Shown piece by piece: positions 59,001 through 64,000 of a DNA stretch of 64,000 nt (position 1 is the first letter of the stretch; each line of letters starts with the position of its first letter). Source of the stretch: a virus; the IMG/VR virus record IMGVR_UViG_3300035158_000293, positions 59,799 to 123,798 of that record; one strand, given 5' to 3'. Under the pieces are notes generated by a model, which saw only the letters and a program-made list of their open reading frames with translations, was not told the origin of the DNA and searched no databases. A program made the position numbers and the translations under genes.

Positions 59001-59084
59001 AGCCCTTTGTTGGGGTTTTTTGGCTTTACGCTTCGGTTTCCGTCTTTTCACTTTTGCCCGTCGAGGCGCTTTTTTACTCATCAT
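56082..59084 (-). CDS. polA: Family A DNA polymerase with N-terminal family-4 uracil-DNA glycosylase domain
   Basis: UDG: CxxCPL..VGEAPG..ED..FVGKSG..VRCRPP..HPAYILR. Exonuclease: YDTET. Polymerase: TGRLSSSSPNLQN, DFSQIELR, AKRVNFGIIYG, TVHDS. Start uncertain. Confidence 0.95.
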   Translation of the reverse strand: MMSKKAPRRAKVKRRKPKRKAKKPQQRAQRLKPEEVPMVRQVLHQREYPKSGCVYCPLAPFREDFDDLLAEDYQRDAEKIQTKEVHTIQHPCIREVWTPCSVLFVGEAPGKIEDDRGEAFVGKSGKILRMALEDVFGDDGVSYGVTNVVRCRPPLNRTPSKTIIHACGPALIQEITERKPQLVVAMGNVPLEFLTEQKGITTFTGKFLDCTRPEFPNLKILGCLHPAYILRADYEIDRFCDAIDRSLRFLQDDVEMLAGEGEYHVVNTLEQAETLLEQLRSSAINKGTPVAYDTETGSLSPFDTKYPQLLCVSLSNTAGVGYTIPLEHVDAPWTSEEREVLRGLLRDFLSDERIPFIAQNEKFDRQHIRHGLRADPPQVARDTMLTHLTLNEKQGTHGLKQLAFAYTGMGGYDLVLERYKDANKAADPAHKGSYANIPGELLFKYAAMDADVTVRVDAGLCAEEEYVDNPKLRTLAEVFFPQLSAALAEMEYNGAKVDPDVAEFLWAEYSEIMERLEREISLLPPVCQFVAEAPNRGINVKGGEFNPGSWVQLQYVLFDYYGERPTELTNTGFDRLYDRFQREQKENDRLEFDEVVEEAIANKEWQHFSTKEDVLQAYKSGGNALCEKVLEYRGVAVLRNTFVRSLRERRDPNDYVHSTYKIHGTVTGRLSSSSPNLQNVPNKGDAKIKQAYISRFGDAGLLMQADFSQIELRVAACYFDDADMIQAYLDDEDLHTLSGIAISDLSPEEYYALPKKDQKSWRTRAKRVNFGIIYGIGAPGLQGSLQGDGIFMSIEECQALMDKFFEVRPGLAAGIEALHDHVQKTGFIETFTGRKRRLPEVFSGDNKIIARALRQATNFPIQSAAGDMTLMSIVLLHRRMQKRGFQSKMILTVHDSIIFDCHVDEFLELSCMVKEVMENLPKYSDEALPGLDWDWLRVPIRSDCEIGPTWRSMVDFDPYKIGTTANTPLYDEDGKTIRDPVSVDELWEVMSTKAEKSVLW

Positions 59085-59508
59085 CAGGTCTCGTGTGTAG
59101 AAACGGGTGCTTGTAAATGTCCTCTGCACGAACCCACGGCAATATGTCGCTCTCTTCAACAAGACTCGCCGCGCATCGCTGTTCGCCTTTGGACACCGTA
59201 GTGCTTCTTGCTTTCGGTAACAAGAAAACAGGCCGCGTTTCACATTGTCTCTCGTAACAAACCAAACGCAGCCCGCAACGATCACACTCCGGCACACGCG
59301 CCGGACGACCAAAACAAGGTGGTTGCCCTTCTGACATGTAAAACCTTTCGAGGTGTCGTTACGGTAAATGTTGCGTAGTCGAGGGGTCCAACCTCAACTT
59401 GCCTATATTCTACTACATGAACGCCGAGTGCGCAAGCTCTTTTTGGGTTTTTTCTTTTTGTAGCCCTATCAGGCGGGAACCCTGCGGAAGAAAAGTTTTG
59501 ACATTGTG

Positions 59509-59760
59509 TCAATCAGCATCGCGCTCCAAACGCTTCTGCTTTATGTCCTGCATGCAATTTTTGCACACCAAAGGGTAAAAGAAATGTTCTTCACCCGCCA
59601 ACGCGATCTCCTCAAGCTCTTCGCGGTCAATGGTCGAGAGGATTCTCAATTTGTCCGTGCCGCCACACAGCGACACCGCGGTTCCAAACCCGACCGAATC
59701 GCACAAGCTCGCATGAATGATCGCACGCTTTGAGGGTCTACCCAAACCAAACTTCGCCAT
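59509..59760 (-). CDS. Hypothetical protein
   Basis: Short ORF. Confidence 0.45.
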   Translation of the reverse strand: MAKFGLGRPSKRAIIHASLCDSVGFGTAVSLCGGTDKLRILSTIDREELEEIALAGEEHFFYPLVCKNCMQDIKQKRLERDAD

Positions 59761-59843
59761 GTCTACACCCGATAAGGCCGGGGCAGGTAAAACGCCCCGG
59801 CAATGTTTTCGCGAACGAATCAAAATCACCGAAGCACTTATAG

Positions 59844-60287
59844 TCAGTCACTCACACCCACAACAAACTCCTCCTTAACCCAACCCGTCTCACCCTCGGA
59901 AGCACCATCGAGAAAACGCACCTCGTAAATAACCCCGGTGTCGTCCTTGAAGAATTCATAAGAGGATTCACTCAAAACAACCGCGTGTGTCACCTCCCGT
60001 AGTCGCTTGATTTGAATTTCCATAGCTAACTCAAGCACCAAACGCTCGGTCGCTTCCGCTGAAAGTTCACGACCTCTGTCCGGGTACTTGGCCGCCTCTT
60101 CCTCAACCCGCCGCCACGACGCCTCGTCACCAAAAAAGAAAGCGTCTCCGTTGATGGTGATCTCCTGCGGCTCTGGTTCTTTTTGCTCTGGTTCGGTGTC
60201 ACTTTCTGGTGTGGCCTCGTCGTCACACCCAATAAACACGCACAAAAACAACGCACCCAAGAACACCGGTAGCCACTTGTTGATCAT
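59844..60287 (-). CDS. Putative lipoprotein
   Basis: Signal peptide ending FIGC-DD; SH3-like GETGWV C-terminus; AGGGGG RBS. Confidence 0.65.
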   Translation of the reverse strand: MINKWLPVFLGALFLCVFIGCDDEATPESDTEPEQKEPEPQEITINGDAFFFGDEASWRRVEEEAAKYPDRGRELSAEATERLVLELAMEIQIKRLREVTHAVVLSESSYEFFKDDTGVIYEVRFLDGASEGETGWVKEEFVVGVSD

Positions 60288-60374
60288 TTCGTACCCCCTA
60301 CAGTAAAAAGAGTTATGAAACCCACGCCTCATGTACAGTACCAAGAGCCGTTTGTCAAGGTATTTTCTAAAAAA

Positions 60375-60773
60375 TTACCGTATTGAACGTGTAGCCACCT
60401 TTTTATTCTGCTTCTTCTGTTGCTCGCCCCGTAGTTCCAACCTAGCAAACAACTCCACTTTCCACCACGGACATGACCACCTAGCCCATGTGCCCACCAA
60501 GCGGTCAGCCACGCGATCAAACGCCGCACACCAAAGCTCCCACTCTGAATCGTCACATAGCCTAGCTCGCCACGCCTTCAAATCCCACGCATGGACTACG
60601 CTATACGCAGTAGCAAACCGCCACCGCAAGCCGGGGAGTTCTTTGTCAAACTCGTACAACACTTTCCAAATCACCGGCTGCAACCCTGCTTCAAGCGCCG
60701 CCCGCTTCACATACATACGGTAGTCATCACTTGCGTCGTAAGGTCCGTATGTCAGTCTATACATCTGAGACAC
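60375..60773 (-). CDS. Hypothetical protein
   Basis: AAAGG RBS; overlaps the tmk end. Confidence 0.5.
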   Translation of the reverse strand: MSQMYRLTYGPYDASDDYRMYVKRAALEAGLQPVIWKVLYEFDKELPGLRWRFATAYSVVHAWDLKAWRARLCDDSEWELWCAAFDRVADRLVGTWARWSCPWWKVELFARLELRGEQQKKQNKKVATRSIR

Positions 60774-61488
60774 CTTTTCTCAAAGGTCTGAGGCGACCAC
60801 TCAACGCAAAAAAGTCATTTACCATACTACAAAGGGCAACATGCACCTGTTCCGCATCACGCTCACCAAGCCATATCCTTCCTAAACGCCCACACCAACT
60901 GTGCAGGTTTTGCGTTGTAATGAGCCAATGGAACACGTCAGCTATCGCCGTCAGACGCTCGGAGGTTTCGTAGTAGGTTTCTGCATCTTGCTCGCATTCG
61001 TAACGAGCCTTCAAACGCGCCAGAGCTGTCTCTACCGGCAACTCTAACAAGAACGTCATGTCCGGTGCAGAAGGGCGCAAGTAGCCATTCACCGTCTGTA
61101 ACCATTCGAGGCGCTCGACGTCTGTTTGCGGCAAGTACGCATGCTGATCCGTCTCCATTGTCTGAAAAGGGCGGCTTCGCATGTCTGCAATTTGATACGC
61201 AAACGAGGACAGCATACTGCGATCTGAAATAACAACATCAGTACTTTCAACATGCCTGCGTGTGTGCAACCTATCAGCCGCAAAGAGGAGCCCAAGCACT
61301 TCAGGACACGGAGGTTCATCTTGTAAGAGTAGCCGCCGAATGAATGCCCCAATTGAGCCTTCTTCCTTGGCGGGCTCTCTACGGACCTTCACGGTATAAC
61401 CCTCTGCCTCGATGGACTCCTTCAACATACGCACCTGAGTGCTCTTACCGCAACCATCTATGCCATCAATCGCAATGCGCATAACCAT
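60757..61488 (-). CDS. tmk: Thymidylate kinase
   Basis: IAIDGIDGCGKSTQ, REP, LFAADR, VISDRSMLSSFAYQ, PD. Confidence 0.93.
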   Translation of the reverse strand: MVMRIAIDGIDGCGKSTQVRMLKESIEAEGYTVKVRREPAKEEGSIGAFIRRLLLQDEPPCPEVLGLLFAADRLHTRRHVESTDVVISDRSMLSSFAYQIADMRSRPFQTMETDQHAYLPQTDVERLEWLQTVNGYLRPSAPDMTFLLELPVETALARLKARYECEQDAETYYETSERLTAIADVFHWLITTQNLHSWCGRLGRIWLGERDAEQVHVALCSMVNDFFALSGRLRPLRKGVSDV

Positions 61489-61530
61489 CGTTGCCCCTTT
61501 TCGCCTCTGAACACGTCGGTTTGTGTGGGA

Positions 61531-61614
61531 TGTGGACGCCGGGACTCGAACCCGGAAGAGATTGCTCTCAACGGCTCCTAAGACCGTCGCGTAGTCCAGT
61601 TCCGCCACGTCCAC
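61531..61614 (-). tRNA. tRNA-Leu(TAG)
   Basis: GTGGACGTGGCGGAACTGG; ACGGT-CTTAGGA-GCCGT; long variable arm; GGTTCGAGTCC. Confidence 0.92.
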
Positions 61615-61651
61615 TTAAAAATACCAATCCAGCCCGATCTTACTCCGTCTA

Positions 61652-61724
61652 TGGTGCGGGGCGGGTTCGAACCGCCGACCTGTGGATTTTCAACCCACCG
61701 CTCTTCCAATTGAGCTACCGCACC
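61652..61724 (-). tRNA. tRNA-Phe(GAA)
   Basis: GGTGCGGTAGCTCAATTGG; GTGGG-TTGAAAA-TCCAC; GGTTCGAACCC. Confidence 0.95.
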
Positions 61725-61796
61725 GTCGAGGGGCTTTTGACGCTGTGCCGCCAAACCCCTCCTCTGCATAAGGTACACAGCCAGTAATGTAACTTT

Positions 61797-62048
61797 TCAA
61801 TTTCCGTGATCGGGCGGAAGTGTCTCAGTCATGGCCTTTTTGAAAGCTTCTTGCAAGACTGAAGGGTCGGCTTTAAGAACTTCCAGAGCTAATTTCGTGA
61901 GCCACCGCGCACCTGTGTCTACCGCCCGCTTACCAAACTCGTTTACTGCCATTTCACATTTGTCACTTGAATAATTCACCCGTAACGGAATCTCAAACTT
62001 CGGTCCGTAGCCGATGTCCAACCACAACTTGACTTTGTTCGCGTCCAT
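61797..62048 (-). CDS. Hypothetical protein
   Basis: GGAGG RBS; lies between tRNAs. Confidence 0.55.
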   Translation of the reverse strand: MDANKVKLWLDIGYGPKFEIPLRVNYSSDKCEMAVNEFGKRAVDTGARWLTKLALEVLKADPSVLQEAFKKAMTETLPPDHGN

Positions 62049-62075
62049 TCTAACCTCCAATCGTGTTTTAAGGAA

Positions 62076-62148
62076 TAGAGGCAGGGGGATTCGAACCCCC
62101 GACCACCGGATTAAAAATCCGGTGCTCTGCCAATTGAGCTATGCCTCT
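62076..62148 (-). tRNA. tRNA-Lys(TTT)
   Basis: AGAGGCATAGCTCAATTGG; CCGGA-TTTTTAA-TCCGG; GGTTCGAATCC. Confidence 0.95.
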
Positions 62149-62158
62149 CTAAAGCTTA

Positions 62159-62229
62159 ATGGGGCATCGGGACTTGAACCCGAAACGGCGGGACCAAAAC
62201 CCGCTGTGTTACCATTACACCATGCCCCA
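62159..62229 (-). tRNA. tRNA-Gln(TTG)
   Basis: TGGGGCATGGTGTAATGGTAACAC; GCGGG-TTTTGGT-CCCGC; GGTTCAAGTCC. Confidence 0.95.
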
Positions 62230-62277
62230 GCACCTAACCACTTCTAACACCTAGCGCACGCACACCGCCCGTGCTAT

Positions 62278-62469
62278 TCACCTTAACACCTCAAGCAAAC
62301 GTGTACCACCTAAAAGCTTCTTCAAATAGTAACGGCTCGTATACCACTTGCGTTTCGACACGTCTAAAACATGATCCACCATCGCCATAAGAACTGGGTG
62401 GTGCGTAGCCACAATGACTTGCCAACCCTTTCGCGCCACCTGAACTTGTGCTTCTGTCAGTTGTGTCAA
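62278..62469 (-). pseudogene. Short ORF resembling the C-terminal H-loop of an ABC/AAA ATPase
   Basis: GWQVIVATHHPVLM with no Walker motifs. Confidence 0.4.
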
Positions 62470-62483
62470 GGGAAACCCCTGTG

Positions 62484-62879
62484 TTAGCCTCTACCTTTTT
62501 GTGAAGGCGCGGGTACATTTTCCTCCAACCACGCTTTGGCCTCCTTCAAACCGAGAAACCGAACCTCCTTTACATATTTGATGGCTTCGATCTTTGACTC
62601 CTCTGCCCACAGGGTGCGGGCAGTTGCAATTATGGCGTTGTCCTCATTATCCACACGCCCCTCGTAGCAACCTACGATCCGCAGAGAGAACTCCACTATC
62701 TCCACCTCGAATTCACACAACAACCGTATCCGAGTATACACCCCGGACGCATAAGGGTCGTAGGTGTACAGTTTGGGTACACCGCCTGTCTCAAAACAGC
62801 CTTTATTTGTGTAATAACGGTCTTTCTTACCCTTATCGCGGATAGCAAAGACCCTTGTCCCTGTCAGGTACTCAAACAT
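62484..62879 (-). CDS. Protein with C-terminal ribosomal L7/L12-like domain
   Basis: KIEAIKYVKEVRFLGLKEAKAWLE; GGGAG RBS. Confidence 0.7.
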   Translation of the reverse strand: MFEYLTGTRVFAIRDKGKKDRYYTNKGCFETGGVPKLYTYDPYASGVYTRIRLLCEFEVEIVEFSLRIVGCYEGRVDNEDNAIIATARTLWAEESKIEAIKYVKEVRFLGLKEAKAWLEENVPAPSQKGRG

Positions 62880-62910
62880 TTACTTCTCCCGTTTGTGCAA
62901 ATTGTACTTT

Positions 62911-63135
62911 TTACTCGACCCGCCGGAAAGAACCACCACACATGCAAGTAGAGAAGATGCCAAGGCTGCCTCCCATCTCGATGTGCTCTTCAATCTCGCC
63001 GTCCACAAGATGACACAACCGACCACAAACAGGGCAACTCACAAGGTAGATGCTAACTGTCTTACCCATGAATAGAGGGTGCTGTTCGCCCGTCCTGTAG
63101 ATGCGCCCTGTGGAATCTGTCTGCCAGTCAAACAT
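62911..63135 (-). CDS. Small Zn-finger protein
   Basis: CPVCG..H..C; GAGGAGG RBS. Confidence 0.5.
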   Translation of the reverse strand: MFDWQTDSTGRIYRTGEQHPLFMGKTVSIYLVSCPVCGRLCHLVDGEIEEHIEMGGSLGIFSTCMCGGSFRRVE

Positions 63136-63275
63136 GGTCACGGCCTCCTCTAGCCCCATCAGTATCGTAAATGCACAACTCACGAGCATAGAGTGCCAAC
63201 CGAGCGGGGTCACGGCCTCCTCTAGCCTCATTGGTGTCGTAAATCCGCAACTCACGAGCATAGAGTGCTATCCGA
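63136..63275. repeat. 72-bp tandem duplication
   Basis: GGTCACGGCCTCCTCTAGCC..CAACTCACGAGCATAGAGTGC starts at 63136 and 63208. Confidence 0.9.
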
Positions 63276-63422
63276 AACTGTAGAATGTGGTCATCAACCA
63301 CCTGTATCCATGTCCTATTCGAGTAGTCGCCTTTGTCTGTCAATAGTTCTGATTCCATGCCACACACCTCTAAGAGGGAAAACCTACCTTGTATAGGGAC
63401 AATCTATAAGATCATCACAAAC

Positions 63423-63914
63423 TCACTCCCCGTCCGCGCCTCGTTCTGACAAAGTCGTGGGGTGGGCTCTCCGCGCCTCTCTCAATTTAACCGCAAATTG
63501 ACCTAACTTCGCAATGTAGTCCTTACTGAAATCCACGCTCACCATACCCACGGACAGGGTGATTTCAACGTCCTCGTCGGAAGCCTTCGGGTAGCCTTCC
63601 TGCATATTCAAACACTCGATGATCGCCTGCGCCATAGTGCGTTTCAACCCCGGCTTTATCTCGGCCCCTAAAAAGCGCACAACCACACGGGCAATTTGCC
63701 GCGCACATTCGGCGGAGGGTAACAACGGGATTCTGAGCTGCACAGCACAGCGCGAGGTGCCGCAAAGAGTAAGCCTTACACCCTCCTCGACCACCCTCCG
63801 CCGGAACTCTTCGTCCTCTGCCGCTTTGTGATCAGCTTCCGTCACCTCTTGCCACTCTGACTGTCGCCAGATGTATTTAGGCTCGGGTGGCTGCTCAGGG
63901 TCCAGCCGACACAC
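63423..63914 (-). CDS. Hypothetical protein
   Basis: 163-aa ORF; start uncertain. Confidence 0.5.
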   Translation of the reverse strand: MCRLDPEQPPEPKYIWRQSEWQEVTEADHKAAEDEEFRRRVVEEGVRLTLCGTSRCAVQLRIPLLPSAECARQIARVVVRFLGAEIKPGLKRTMAQAIIECLNMQEGYPKASDEDVEITLSVGMVSVDFSKDYIAKLGQFAVKLREARRAHPTTLSERGADGE

Positions 63915-64000
63915 ATAAAGAGGCCAAGCGGGGTTAGCAGGGCCAATGCCTAAAGAATCCAGATACTCCGGGCTCGGAGTGTATGCAAGACACTTCTCCA

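Larger units (their letters stand above)
4367..59512. repeat. Dispersed 15-bp palindrome TTGACACAAYGTCAA, 13 copies
   Basis: Exact copies start at 4367, 10478, 19981, 24694, 32369, 36081, 37569, 42566, 52722 and 59498. One-mismatch copies start at 7148, 13595 and 49067. Both orientations occur. Confidence 0.9.

Noticed and set aside
4367-59512. Palindrome explained simply as sigma70 -35 boxes
   Set aside because: The full 15-mer including the asymmetric centre is conserved, many copies are intragenic, and I found a correctly spaced -10 only for the parB copy.
61489-61614. N-terminal extension of Tmk in the ORF track
   Set aside because: It coincides with tRNA-Leu, and a good RBS precedes ATG 61488.
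63136-63275. Diversity-generating retroelement TR/VR pair (also considered for the tail-fibre repeats)
   Set aside because: The mismatches are not adenine-specific and no reverse transcriptase is present.
21-63831. Numerous plus-strand ORFs (e.g. 8312-9130, 34911-36020, 39171-40193)
   Set aside because: They are antisense shadows of well-supported minus-strand genes, with no recognisable motifs.

Overview
This window looks like part of a large T4-like or jumbo tailed phage genome. Essentially all credible genes are on the minus strand and read with the standard code. It has packaging genes (gp20-like portal, intein-containing large terminase, F-like head protein) and replication/recombination genes (UDG-fused family A DNA polymerase, gp32-like SSB, RecA, 5'-3' exonuclease, SbcCD-like pair, resolvase). 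It also has nucleotide metabolism genes (class II RNR, ThyX, Tmk, NT5C, Nudix), three DNA methyltransferase loci (one frameshifted), three HU-like proteins, a tail fibre, five tRNAs and two very large probable head proteins. Two systems stand out. (1) A minimal type I-C Cascade operon (cas5c, cas8c with hidden cas11c, array, cas7). Its leaderless 9-repeat array sits inside the operon, supplies the cas8c stop codon and has short irregular spacers of 3-34 bp; no cas1/2/3/4 is in the window. (2) A 15-bp palindrome, TTGACACAAYGTCAA, occurs 13 times every 1.5-7.7 kb, including inside genes and over the promoter of a ParB-like gene that has no ParA partner here. This suggests a genome-wide parS/Noc-like binding-site system. 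Gene calls come from motif recognition by eye, not database searches, and coordinates were counted by hand.
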